Shown: piece after piece, positions 1 through 13,548 of the stretch | Position numbering within the stretch: the first letter of the stretch is position 1 | Layout: every line of letters starts with the position of its first letter | Source of the DNA: Candidatus Eiseniibacteriota bacterium | GTDB lineage: Bacteria > Eisenbacteria > RBG-16-71-46 > SZUA-252 | Direction: 5' to 3' | Assembly: GCA_031370645.1 (NCBI GenBank) | Contig: JANMQV010000146.1 | Span: 1-28,283 of the forward strand | Length of the DNA stretch: 28,283 nt | Translations under genes and position numbers: made by a program | The notes under the pieces: model-generated | What the model was told of the DNA's origin: nothing | The model's input: the letters and a program-made list of their open reading frames with translations, nothing else | Database searches by the model: none

Positions 1-533
1 GCCTTGAGCGGCACGATCGCGTCGCTCATCCGCTTGTAGTCGACGTTGCAGACGCTGTAGTAGAAATCCTGAAACGCCTCGGTGCTCATGTTGGCCAACT
101 GCGCCATCGACGGATTCGGATACCGAAGCACGACCCACTTCGTCTTCTTCACGCGATAGTCGCTATGAACCGGCGTTCCGACCAACTTCCCGTAGCGCGC
201 CATGTGCGCCGCGGGAACGTCCGCGAACTCCGACACGTTCTCGCTCGCCCGCAATCCGACGTACGCCTGCGCCTGCTTCATCTGGAAGAGTTCGACTTCC
301 GAGAGCTTCTTCAGTTGCTCTTCTTTCCCGTGAATCAGCATCTGGCGGACGAGCGTGTTCTTCCGGAGATAGACGAGCGGGATCCCGCCGGCGACGAATG
401 CCTCTTCCATGATGTCGCTCACGAGGCCGTCGGCCAGGTCGAACGCCTCGATCAGAATCGTCTCTCCCGCCTTTAATCGGCAGGAATGGTGGACGATCGT
501 CTTCGCCAACTGAACGCTTCGCGGGTCGCGCAT
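1..533 (-). CDS. Aminopeptidase, M29 (AmpS/PepS-like) family; 5' part only, runs off the window
   Basis: Not in the ORF track. Manual translation from ATG at 533: MRDPRSVQLAKTIVHHSCRLKAGETILIEAFDL...RVKKTKWVVLRYPNPSMAQLANMSTEAFQDFYYSVCNVDYKRM. The N-terminal DPR and the WvvlryPnpsmAqlA..s.eafedfyf motifs are typical of M29 aminopeptidases. Confidence 0.88.
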   Translation of the reverse strand, partial: MRDPRSVQLAKTIVHHSCRLKAGETILIEAFDLADGLVSDIMEEAFVAGGIPLVYLRKNTLVRQMLIHGKEEQLKKLSEVELFQMKQAQAYVGLRASENVSEFADVPAAHMARYGKLVGTPVHSDYRVKKTKWVVLRYPNPSMAQLANMSTEAFQDFYYSVCNVDYKRMSDAIVPLK

Positions 534-549
534 CGGGTCTCCCTGAACG

Positions 550-800
550 GTTGTGGAATCCCTGTGGACAAAGTGGCGAAGTCGGGCGGTCACCCCAAAC
601 CGGGGGATAACCTGGGCGTAGTCCACCATGAACTAACGGTGGGGCGCGGGTAAATTCTACCCACAAAACCTTGTTTCACAATAACTTAGTTTCGATACAC
701 GAGGCTCTACACACTTATCCACAGGCCCTACATCCACATCTTCTATTTAGCGAAAGATACTCGTCTCTAGGGAACCCTACCGGTGTGGACAGAAGTATCC
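550..800. other. oriC: Chromosomal replication origin (oriC) with a DnaA-box cluster
   Basis: Perfect TTATCCACA at 715-723. Near-consensus boxes TGTGGACAA (563-571), GGGGGATAA (602-610), TGTTTCACA (672-680) and TGTGGACAG (784-792). The region is locally AT-richer, non-coding, and directly upstream of dnaN-recF-gyrB-gyrA. Confidence 0.85.
706..750 (+). promoter_or_regulatory. Basal unwinding element: DnaA box, GGCCC, then DnaA-trio-like tract
   Basis: TTATCCACA-GGCC-CTACATCCACATCTTCTATTT has the same layout as the B. subtilis origin unwinding site (box, GC-rich spacer, trinucleotide repeats). A degenerate tandem box lies just upstream. Confidence 0.7.
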
Positions 801-1007
801 AAACGTCTGCCCCTGGACCGTCCAAAAACGACCCCTCTGGACCCCCTGAAAACCTCTCTCCCAGACCCCCGAAATCAGTCCCTCCAAACCCTCAAAAAAA
901 GCCCCTTTCAGGTTGCTGAAAATGGCCCTCCCGACCTATACTCCGGACGTACGATCAGGCCACCTCGACACGACCGCAACCTCTTTTCACAAAAGGGACT
1001 TACGGAC

Positions 1008-2165
1008 ATGATCACGGCTCAGGATGTGGCCCTAAAATTCTCCGTCGCCCAGACCGAACTTCTCCAGGCGCTGCAGCTCATCTCGAGTGCCGTTCCGAGT
1101 CGCACAACGCTCCCGGTTTTATCGAACATTTTGGTCGAAGCGGCGGATGGAGCGCTGCAACTGACCGCGACCGATCTCGATCTCTCCATCACCACGAAAG
1201 CCATGGCCGACGTGAAGGCTGATGGAGCGCTGACGGTTCCCGCGAAGAAGCTGCTCGAACTCGCGCGCAAACTTCCCAAAGAAGATCTGAAACTCGAAGC
1301 GAAGGATCTCACGCTGAACGTCGTGAGTAAGACGGGGCGCTTCAAGTTCCTCTGCATTCGTCCGGAAGAATTCCCCGCGCGTCCGAACGTGGCGCCCGAT
1401 GTTCATCTCACGATCGAGGCGAAAGCCTTCGAGCGTCTCGTTCGCCGCACGATCTACGCTGTTTCGACGGATGAAACGCGGCCGGCGTTGAACGGCGCGC
1501 TCTTCCAGATGAGCGAAGGGGAAATTCGTCTAGTCGCAACCGACGGGCATCGCCTCGCGCGCGCGACCCTGAAGCACCCGGGTGCGACGAAGGGTGCTCT
1601 CAAGAGCGACGTGATTCTTCCGCTAAAGGCGATGAACCACCTCGTACGCCTTCTTCCGGACTGCGGCGACACCGTGACGGTGGAACTCTCGAAGACACAC
1701 GTCCGCTTCGTGCTCGGAAAGACGACCCTCACGACGAAGTTGATCGAGGGGCCGTTCCCGAACTACGAGCAGGTTCTGCCGAAGAACAACAACAAGCACC
1801 TCTCCGTGAAGAAGGATGATCTCGCTGCCGCGCTCGACCGCGTCTCCGTCTTTTCGGACAGCCTCACGCGCCAGGTGAAATTCGCCATTTCCACCAATCG
1901 TCTTCGCCTGGTCGTGCAGACCCCCGACCAGGGTGAGGCGACCGAGGATCTCGAGGCGAAGTACGACTCCGAGGACCTCGACATCGGATACAACGCCGCC
2001 TACCTCCTCGACATTCTCCGCACCATGGAGAGCGACGAGGTGCTCCTCCAGCTCAACACGCCCGTCACGGCAGGGCTTCTGATCCCGGCGCCGAGCGGGG
2101 ACTCGAAGACGCCCCCGGTGGAGAATCTGCTCTGCCTGGTGATGCCGCTTCGGTTGGCGAGCTGA
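1008..2165 (+). CDS. dnaN: DNA polymerase III beta sliding clamp
   Basis: Motifs LPVLSNIL, ATDLD, STDETRPALNG, ATDGHRL, LIEGPFPNYEQV and LVMPLR. Start moved to ATG 1008 (AAGGGA upstream) because the ORF-track extension from 783 runs through the origin. Confidence 0.97.
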   Translation: MITAQDVALKFSVAQTELLQALQLISSAVPSRTTLPVLSNILVEAADGALQLTATDLDLSITTKAMADVKADGALTVPAKKLLELARKLPKEDLKLEAKDLTLNVVSKTGRFKFLCIRPEEFPARPNVAPDVHLTIEAKAFERLVRRTIYAVSTDETRPALNGALFQMSEGEIRLVATDGHRLARATLKHPGATKGALKSDVILPLKAMNHLVRLLPDCGDTVTVELSKTHVRFVLGKTTLTTKLIEGPFPNYEQVLPKNNNKHLSVKKDDLAAALDRVSVFSDSLTRQVKFAISTNRLRLVVQTPDQGEATEDLEAKYDSEDLDIGYNAAYLLDILRTMESDEVLLQLNTPVTAGLLIPAPSGDSKTPPVENLLCLVMPLRLAS

Positions 2166-2175
2166 CCGCGCACGC

Positions 2176-3260
2176 GTGCGCCTGCTTCGCCTCGAGCTTC
2201 GGAACTTTCGAAACCACCGGGACGCTCGCGCGGACCTGGAAGGACGGCCGACGCTCCTCCTCGGCGAAAACGGCTCGGGGAAGACGAACTGGATCGAGGC
2301 TGCGGCCCTTCTCTCGATTGGGCGCTCCTTTCGGGGATCGCGCGACCGGGAATTGGTGCGTCGCGGCGCCGACACGTTCGAGGTGAGAGCGCTCGTCGCG
2401 GGAGGAGCTGGTTCGCCGCGTGAACTTTCGGTTCGCGGCTCGCTTCGCGGTCCCCGCGAGGTGATCGTGGATGGGGCGCCGATCGAGCGGCTGGCCGACC
2501 TTCTGGGACGCTTCCCGACGGTCCACTTCTCGGTGGAAGACGTGGCGGTGCTGAACGGCGATCCCGCCGGGCGCCGCCGTTTCCTGGATGTGGCGCTCTG
2601 CCAGTTGGAGCCGGCCTACGTCGGCGCGCTTCGCGATTACGTGGCGGCGCTGCGGCAGCGGAATCGGCTTCTGGCCGAATCGGCCCGGGACGGCGATCCG
2701 CGAAACGACGAGTGCGCGGCGTGGGAGGATATTCTGGCCCGTGCTGGAGTGGAGATCGACCGGCGGCGCGTGCTCTTGTGCGCGGCGCTCGATGTGCGGC
2801 TTCGCGAACTGGCGGACCGGGTCGATTCGGAGATTCAGCCGGGGTTCGGCTACGGCGTACCGGCCGTGAGCGCAACGGAGCGCGCGATGAAGTTGGAGGA
2901 GTTGCGTCCGCGCGATCGGAAGTTGGGCTGGACCTCGATCGGGCCGCATCGGGCTCGCGTCGAGTGCGCGATCCAGGGGCGGGAGTTGAACGATGGAGCC
3001 TCGCGCGGCTATGCGCGGCTCTATTCGATCCTGCTTCGGCTGGCACTCGCGGGGGAGCTGAACGAGCGGCTGAACGAGCCACCCGTCGTGCTCCTCGACG
3101 ATCCGGAGTCGGAACTCGATCCGCGCTGGATCGGAAAGTTGCTCGGCTTGTTGCCGGAAGGAACCCAAGCGATCGTGACGGCCTGCCGCCCGCTGACGGT
3201 GGCGCCGGTGCGGTTTCACGCGATGACAATCGATTCTCTAGCGATGGAGGAAAGCGCGGC

Positions 3261-3264
<4 letters not shown>
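2176..3264 (+). CDS. recF: DNA replication/repair protein RecF
   Basis: NFRN, Walker A GENGSGKTN, SFRG, RRRFLD, GPHR, Walker B LLDD..SELD; canonical position after dnaN. Confidence 0.95.
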
Positions 3265-5547
<2,283 letters not shown>

Positions 5548-5606
5548 CGATTCGAGCGGGCCCGCACTGACGCGCGCCCGATCACACCAGGAGGAACCGC
5601 CGAACC

Positions 5607-8045
<2,439 letters not shown>

Positions 8046-8049
8046 GATC

Positions 8050-8730
8050 CTGGGTCACGACGTCCGCATTCCCGCATCGACGGTCCGGCGCCTCTCGGGG
8101 TACTACCGTGTTCTGGAAGAGTTGGAGAGCGAGGGACAGCGCACCGTCTCCTCGCAGGGGCTCGCGCACGCGAGCGGAGTGACTTCCGCGCAGGTCCGAA
8201 AAGACCTCTCCTACTTCGGGAATTTCGGGAAGCGCGGCCTCGGTTACGCGGTCGGGAGGCTCCGGAAAGAGATCCGCCTCATCCTGGGGCTGAACCACCG
8301 CTGGAGGGTTGCGCTCGTCGGGGCGGGAAACATGGGCTCGGCGCTCTTCGCCTACAAGGAATTCCGCCGCCAGGGCTTCGACATCGTCGCCGTCTTCGAC
8401 GTGAGCGACGACCGCGTGGGGCAGAAGTGGCGCGATCTCACGGTTCGCCACATCGACGACGTGAAGGCGGAGACCGAGCGGCTCTCGCTCGAGATCGGCG
8501 TCATCGCGGTGCCCGCCCGAGCGGCGCAGGCTGTGGCCGAGCGACTGGTGACCGCCGGGATGCGAGGCATCCTGAACTTCGCCCATCGCCGCATCCAAGT
8601 CCCCGCCCACGTGGCGCTCCGCACCGTGAATCTCTCCATCGAGCTAGAGGGCCTCGCGTTCGCCATCAAGGCGCTCACCGTGAAGCCCGCCCGCATCCGC
8701 TCGCCGCGCCGCGGGCCGCCCGCCGCCTAG
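8050..8730 (+). CDS. rex: Redox-sensing transcriptional repressor Rex
   Basis: IPASTVRRLSGYYRVL, QVRKDLSYFGNFGKRGLGY, Rossmann GAGNMG, GILNFA. The conserved N-terminus lies upstream of the track's TTG 8122, implying a CTG (8050) or ATC (8047) start. Confidence 0.93.
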   Translation: MGHDVRIPASTVRRLSGYYRVLEELESEGQRTVSSQGLAHASGVTSAQVRKDLSYFGNFGKRGLGYAVGRLRKEIRLILGLNHRWRVALVGAGNMGSALFAYKEFRRQGFDIVAVFDVSDDRVGQKWRDLTVRHIDDVKAETERLSLEIGVIAVPARAAQAVAERLVTAGMRGILNFAHRRIQVPAHVALRTVNLSIELEGLAFAIKALTVKPARIRSPRRGPPAA

Positions 8731-8749
8731 CGAGGCGCGCGCCTCGCCG

Positions 8750-9628
8750 ATGAATCGCGCCGACCTAGCACTTCTTCTCGTCGCCGCCATCTGGGGCACG
8801 ACGTTCGCGCTCCTTCGGGATTCCGTCCGCATTCTCCATCCGGTAGACCTCATGGCGATCCGATTCACGATCGGGGCCGTCATTCTCATCCTGCTCTTCC
8901 GGAAGCGCGTCTTCCCACTGAAGCGCCAAGCCGTGATCGACGGCGCGTGGCTCGGGCTCTGGCTCGGGGCGGGCTACCTCACGCAGGTGATCGGACTCTC
9001 CACGATCTCCGCTTCGCGCTCCGCCTTCATCACGGGGACCTACGTGGCGGTCGTGCCGCTCGTGACGTTTCTCCTATGGCGAACGCGGCCCGGCCTCGCG
9101 GAGGTTTTCGGAATTGCGCTCATCTTGGCGGGGCTCTTCGCCTTCTCGGCGGACTCCGGCTTCTCTCTCGCCCCGGGCGACCTCTGGACGCTCGGCTGCT
9201 CTCTCACATTCGGCATCCAGATCATCGTCACAAACGTGGTCGTGAAGCGGAGCGATCCGATGGCGCTCTCGGTGATCCAGATCGCGACCGGCGCCGTGCT
9301 CGGTTGGATCTTGGTCGCCGCGAAAGGCGGGATCGGAACACCCTTCGCGCAGATTCCCTGGGGAACACTTCTCTATCTCGCCGTCTTCGCCACGGCGCTC
9401 GTGATCGCGCTGCAGACCTGGGCGCTCGGACGCACGACTCCCGTGAAGGCAACGATCATGTTCTCGCTGGAGCCCGTCTTCGCGGCGATCTTCGCGGGCC
9501 TCTTCTTCGGGGAGCAGATGTCGTCGCGCGAACTAACGGGCGGCGCGCTGATTCTAGCGGGTGTCGCGGTGACGGAATTGTGGGGACACGTGAGCCAGTG
9601 GATCGGCTCGAAGCGTGCGGCGGGCTAG
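8750..9628 (+). CDS. DMT/EamA family transporter
   Basis: About 10 hydrophobic segments in two repeats; IWGTTF, RFTIG, SAFITG, GDLWTL, SLEPVFA. Confidence 0.92.
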   Translation: MNRADLALLLVAAIWGTTFALLRDSVRILHPVDLMAIRFTIGAVILILLFRKRVFPLKRQAVIDGAWLGLWLGAGYLTQVIGLSTISASRSAFITGTYVAVVPLVTFLLWRTRPGLAEVFGIALILAGLFAFSADSGFSLAPGDLWTLGCSLTFGIQIIVTNVVVKRSDPMALSVIQIATGAVLGWILVAAKGGIGTPFAQIPWGTLLYLAVFATALVIALQTWALGRTTPVKATIMFSLEPVFAAIFAGLFFGEQMSSRELTGGALILAGVAVTELWGHVSQWIGSKRAAG

Positions 9629-10399
9629 CTAGCGTGCCGCGGGTGTTCCGGTGGCCTTCGGCAGGTCGGCCACGAACGCCCGGAATCCTTCGATCAGCGC
9701 CTGCGCCAGGGTCGGCGTTTCGGGTAGCGGCTCGATCGGGACTTCCATCGGGGAGCCTTGGCGCGGCAGGAGTAGCCTATTCGGCAGCCGTGAAACGCTG
9801 TCGGGGAGCACGTTGTCCGTGGAACTCGCGTAGATCGCGCTCCACGCTTCCGCGCCCGTCTGAAGGTCGTAGAGATTCACGCGCACTCTCGTGTCGCGGC
9901 TCGCCGCGCGCGTGCCGAATTGTGGAGACCCCGCGCCATATGCGCCCGTGGCCGATCTCCGGGCCGGCGGCAGGCGAACCGCGTCCTTGTCTACACGCGC
10001 GAGGAGCGCGAAGCGGGCGCTCCCGCGAAGGCGTGCCGCCAGGACTCCACGATCGCCATCGGAGAGTTTTCCCGCCGACTGATAGGCCGAGAGAATCCGC
10101 CGGTATTGCGAGAGCCCCAGGGAGTCGCGCACCGTATCGGCGGTTCGGAAGGGGAGGTCGGGGCGCGACTCCCGGAGCACCTGCTCCAGCGTCGCGATGA
10201 GCGGTGGCCGAATCTGCTCCACTTCATCGATCTTCGTGACGCCGACGATCGCAAGCCCGCCGCTGCGCAGCTCCTCGTAGGTCATCCCGGGCCCGGTCGT
10301 GAGCACGGCGCGCTCCGACGCGCAGCCGGCTACAAGTGTCCCGGAGAGCCAGAGAAGTGCAGCGGCGCCGCGGAAAATGCCGTATCGTCCTCGCGTCAT
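9629..10399 (-). CDS. Hypothetical lipoprotein
   Basis: MTRGRYGIFRGAAALLWLSGTLVAG|C lipobox. The soluble alpha/beta domain ends ...VNLYDLQTGAEAWSA, a pattern seen in CsgG/LpoB-like folds (inference). The track's extension to 10627 is antisense to crcB. Confidence 0.7.
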   Translation of the reverse strand: MTRGRYGIFRGAAALLWLSGTLVAGCASERAVLTTGPGMTYEELRSGGLAIVGVTKIDEVEQIRPPLIATLEQVLRESRPDLPFRTADTVRDSLGLSQYRRILSAYQSAGKLSDGDRGVLAARLRGSARFALLARVDKDAVRLPPARRSATGAYGAGSPQFGTRAASRDTRVRVNLYDLQTGAEAWSAIYASSTDNVLPDSVSRLPNRLLLPRQGSPMEVPIEPLPETPTLAQALIEGFRAFVADLPKATGTPAAR

Positions 10400-10769
10400 G
10401 CGCGTGCTCCTGATCGGTTTGTTCGGCCTCGCCGGGACTCTCGCCCGATACGGACTCCAGGGCGGGGTCCAGCGTTTGTCGGGGTCGACGTTCCCATACG
10501 GCACGCTCGCGGTCAACGTGATCGGATCGTTCGTGGTGGGCTTCGTGGCGACGCTGACCTTGGAGCGGGTCGTGGTCTCGCAGGACCTTCGGGCGGCAAT
10601 CCTCATCGGGTTCTGCGGCGGATTCACGACCTACTCGGCATTCGCGTGGGAGACGCTGCTCCTCGCCCGCGACGGAAGTCCGCTCGGCGCCGCGATGAAC
10701 ATCGCCCTTCAGTTGGCACTCGGAATCGGCGCGGCGTGGCTTGGAGCGAGCGCCGCCAGAGTCGCGTAG
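10398..10769 (+). CDS. crcB: Fluoride efflux channel Fluc/CrcB
   Basis: GTLARY, FPYGTLAVNVIGSFVVG, GFCGGFTTYSAF; 123 aa with 4 TM segments from ATG 10398. Confidence 0.95.
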   Translation: MRVLLIGLFGLAGTLARYGLQGGVQRLSGSTFPYGTLAVNVIGSFVVGFVATLTLERVVVSQDLRAAILIGFCGGFTTYSAFAWETLLLARDGSPLGAAMNIALQLALGIGAAWLGASAARVA

Positions 10770-10783
10770 GGCGCTACCCTTAC

Positions 10784-12022
10784 CTATCCCGATTCCCCCG
10801 CGCGGACCGCAGCCTCTAGTGACGATCCGAGTTCGTACCAATCCGCATTCGACATTACGAGCGGGGGCGCCAAAACCGCACGCCGGGCCCCGGCCCCGTG
10901 AATGAGCAGGCCCCGCGCGGCGGCCTGCGCGGGAAATCCAAACGCGTTGGTCTCGAACCCCGCCAATGCGCCTAACGTCACGCAACTCGTCCCGGCCGGC
11001 TTCGCGGCACCCGTCACAACCGACCGCAGTCGCTCCTCGAATTGCCTCGCACGAAGGAACGCGCCCTCCACTTGCAGCGCCCGAAGCACGGTACGGCCAA
11101 CCGCGCAGGATATCGGGCTTCCACCGTACGTCTGTTGATGTAGCACGCGCCGCGACACGCCTTCGGCCGACACCGCGAACAACCCGTCCGCCACACGCTC
11201 CGCGACTAGAACACCCGCCACCGCCGCAAACCCGGCGCCGGCGCCTTTTCCAAAGACGATGAGATCGGGCGGGTTCGCCGAACTCGGAGCCGCGCCCCCG
11301 TCGGCTCCTGACTCCGCGAGTCGTCCGCAGGCGAACATGGCGCCGCAGCGCCCGAACCCGGTCAACACTTCGTCCGCGATCCAAAGCGCGCCCGATGCGT
11401 CGCAGGCTTGGCGTCGCCTCGCGAGTTCGTCCGCGGATGGAATTTTGACGCCGAGCCCGGCCACCGCCACCGTCTCCGCGATAAACGCGGCGCTTCCATC
11501 GCCGGGCTGGGGCAGTCCGTCATTCCGCGCCCCCAGCGCGCCGACCCAAGGTGCGCGGCGCTCATCCCAACCGGTCACGCCGAGCGCGCCGAGCGTAGCG
11601 CCGTGGTAGTGACCGCTCAGCGACCGAACCGCGGTTCGTTCGGGGTGGCCGATCGCTTGCTGATAGGCGATCGCAATCTTGATCGCCGCGTCGACGGCTT
11701 CGCTCCCCGACGAGGTGAGAAGAACGCGAACGAAGGGTGCGCCCACGACCTCAAGCAACTCCGCGCGATACGCCTCCGCCTCCTCGCTGTCGAAAGCGGC
11801 GGGCCTCGCGTGCGGAAGCCGCTCGGCGGCGCGAGTCATCGCCTCAACGAAATCAGGCCGCGAATACCCGAAGGTCGCGCAGAACGCCCCCGACGTCGCA
11901 TCGAGATAGCGGCGCCCGTCGCGATCCCAGACATGGCAACCCTCGCCGCGCACGAGCACGGGACGGTCGGGTCCGAGGTGGGTGGAATTCGGGAGAGGCG
12001 TGGAGCGCGGGGCCGGGGACAT
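10784..12022 (-). CDS. PLP-dependent class III aminotransferase (divergent)
   Basis: RGEGCHVWDRDGRRYLDATSG, SGSEA, YHGATLG, IADEVLTGFGRCG, DLIVFGKG (PLP Lys), TYGG. Confidence 0.85.
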   Translation of the reverse strand: MSPAPRSTPLPNSTHLGPDRPVLVRGEGCHVWDRDGRRYLDATSGAFCATFGYSRPDFVEAMTRAAERLPHARPAAFDSEEAEAYRAELLEVVGAPFVRVLLTSSGSEAVDAAIKIAIAYQQAIGHPERTAVRSLSGHYHGATLGALGVTGWDERRAPWVGALGARNDGLPQPGDGSAAFIAETVAVAGLGVKIPSADELARRRQACDASGALWIADEVLTGFGRCGAMFACGRLAESGADGGAAPSSANPPDLIVFGKGAGAGFAAVAGVLVAERVADGLFAVSAEGVSRRVLHQQTYGGSPISCAVGRTVLRALQVEGAFLRARQFEERLRSVVTGAAKPAGTSCVTLGALAGFETNAFGFPAQAAARGLLIHGAGARRAVLAPPLVMSNADWYELGSSLEAAVRAGESG

Positions 12023-12054
12023 GCCCCGAGGATAGGGAAGTGCGGCGGGCGGCG

Positions 12055-13548
12055 CTAGCCGCTCGTCGGGACGCGCGCGGCGGCGCGTTGAAGTGCGGAG
12101 ACCTGCTCGGCGTGGAGGCGGAGCGCCGACGCGAAAAGAAGGCACGATTCGGCGCGGGTCAACTTACGGGTCGACTTCGCCAACGCCTCGAATCCGAAAT
12201 CGAGCGAAGGGACGGCGGGGCGCGGTTTCACGGTCGCCACTTTCGTGCTGAACTTCCTCCCTTTCGCCCTCGCCACTTTCGCCGCCTTGGTGAGGCGAAC
12301 GCGCTCGGCTTCGGCCTGCTTTTTCCGGGCGCGGTAGTCGGTGTCCGACTTCGCCTTCGCCTCGGCCAGCGCCTGCTCGGCCGCTTCGTTTCCGGCAAAC
12401 TGGCGATTGAAATCCAATGCCAGCGCATCGGGCTTGATGGCTCCGAGCGTCCGCGCGCGCGCTGTTCCGCGTTCCAGGCAGCGAAGCAGCAATTCCAGCG
12501 CGTCGTCCCGCTCGAGCGTGTCACTGGAATGCTGATTCTGCGCCGCGCTCTGGTCGAGGATCCCCGTGTCGACCAACGCGTCGACCGTGGAGGAGAATTT
12601 GTCCTTCGTGAAGGGCGTGGCGAGATGGAACGCACTCACGAGCGCGCGATAGAAGTCGGCGCGTGTGATTTCCGCATCGGGCTCGAAGCGGTCGTGATCC
12701 ACCGGCATGAGCCCGTCGCGGGAGGCGGCCAGCGCGTAGCGCGCCTGCCAGGTGCCGGGCTCGAGGTCTTCGAACCGGCGCACGTGTGATTCCAAGAACG
12801 CCAGCGGATCGACGGTAGGGATCTTCGCGAACGACCGCTCTTCCACGGTCGGCTCGTCTTCCGCGTTCTCTTCCTCGCCTTCCGTGGACTCGACCGGAAG
12901 CGACTTCCGCACCTCCAAGTGGAGGTGGGCCGAAGAAGCGCGGCCGGTTCGCCCGACCTTGCCGATCGGCTCGCCCGCCGAGATCGCGTCGCCCCGCTTC
13001 ACCAAGACCGACCTCGGCGCGAGATGACCGTAGAGCGAGTGGATGACTTCGCCGTTCGGGAGCGTGTGGCGAACGACCACGTAATTGCCCCAGCCGGTCC
13101 GCCATTTGTAGGCGGTGCGAAGCCGATAGCCGGTCACGTACGTCCGCTTCCCCTTCACGATCTTGGGAAGTCTCATCTTCTGGCGCTTCTTGTACTTGAT
13201 CATCGCGTTCGCGTCGGCCACGACGACCACGCCGGAGGCGATGGAGCGGACCTCGGCGCCGCCGCGGCCGTTCGCCAAATCGACGCCGCGATGGATGCGC
13301 GTTATCTTTCGCCTTCCGCTTCGAACCGCGAGGTATTCATCGGAGACGTAGAAGCCGCCGCTCTCGCTGGAGCGTCCCTTGGTGTAATCGAGCTCGTCGC
13401 CGACCGGATAGACGAACGCCCCGGCGACGGGCGCGTCATCCGCGGCCGCGATCGGGGCGAGAGGCATGGCGGCGAGCATCGCCGCGAGAAGGCTGGCTAC
13501 TGGGAGGGCCCGACCGGCCGCGTGAAGCAGGCGCCGGGCCTTCAGCAT
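12055..13548 (-). CDS. Secreted M23 family peptidase with SLH-like repeats
   Basis: Signal peptide; HRGVD and HLH zinc motifs; GWGNYVVVRH, SLYGHL. C-terminal W.ARYALAASRDGLM...FEPDAEITRADF is an SLH-like motif. Confidence 0.85.
   Translation of the reverse strand: MLKARRLLHAAGRALPVASLLAAMLAAMPLAPIAAADDAPVAGAFVYPVGDELDYTKGRSSESGGFYVSDEYLAVRSGRRKITRIHRGVDLANGRGGAEVRSIASGVVVVADANAMIKYKKRQKMRLPKIVKGKRTYVTGYRLRTAYKWRTGWGNYVVVRHTLPNGEVIHSLYGHLAPRSVLVKRGDAISAGEPIGKVGRTGRASSAHLHLEVRKSLPVESTEGEEENAEDEPTVEERSFAKIPTVDPLAFLESHVRRFEDLEPGTWQARYALAASRDGLMPVDHDRFEPDAEITRADFYRALVSAFHLATPFTKDKFSSTVDALVDTGILDQSAAQNQHSSDTLERDDALELLLRCLERGTARARTLGAIKPDALALDFNRQFAGNEAAEQALAEAKAKSDTDYRARKKQAEAERVRLTKAAKVARAKGRKFSTKVATVKPRPAVPSLDFGFEALAKSTRKLTRAESCLLFASALRLHAEQVSALQRAAARVPTSG

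Noticed and set aside
163-666. ORFs 163..666(-) and 165..476(+)
   Set aside because: Off-frame or antisense shadows of the aminopeptidase gene, which the track missed because it has no stop in the window.
783-1007. 75-aa N-terminal extension of DnaN in the ORF track
   Set aside because: It starts inside a DnaA box and translates low-complexity origin DNA; clamp homology begins after ATG 1008.
10250-10397. Fluoride riboswitch upstream of crcB
   Set aside because: No GGCGATGG.GTTCGCC...CTAATGAC-like motif found; the region is coding on the opposite strand.
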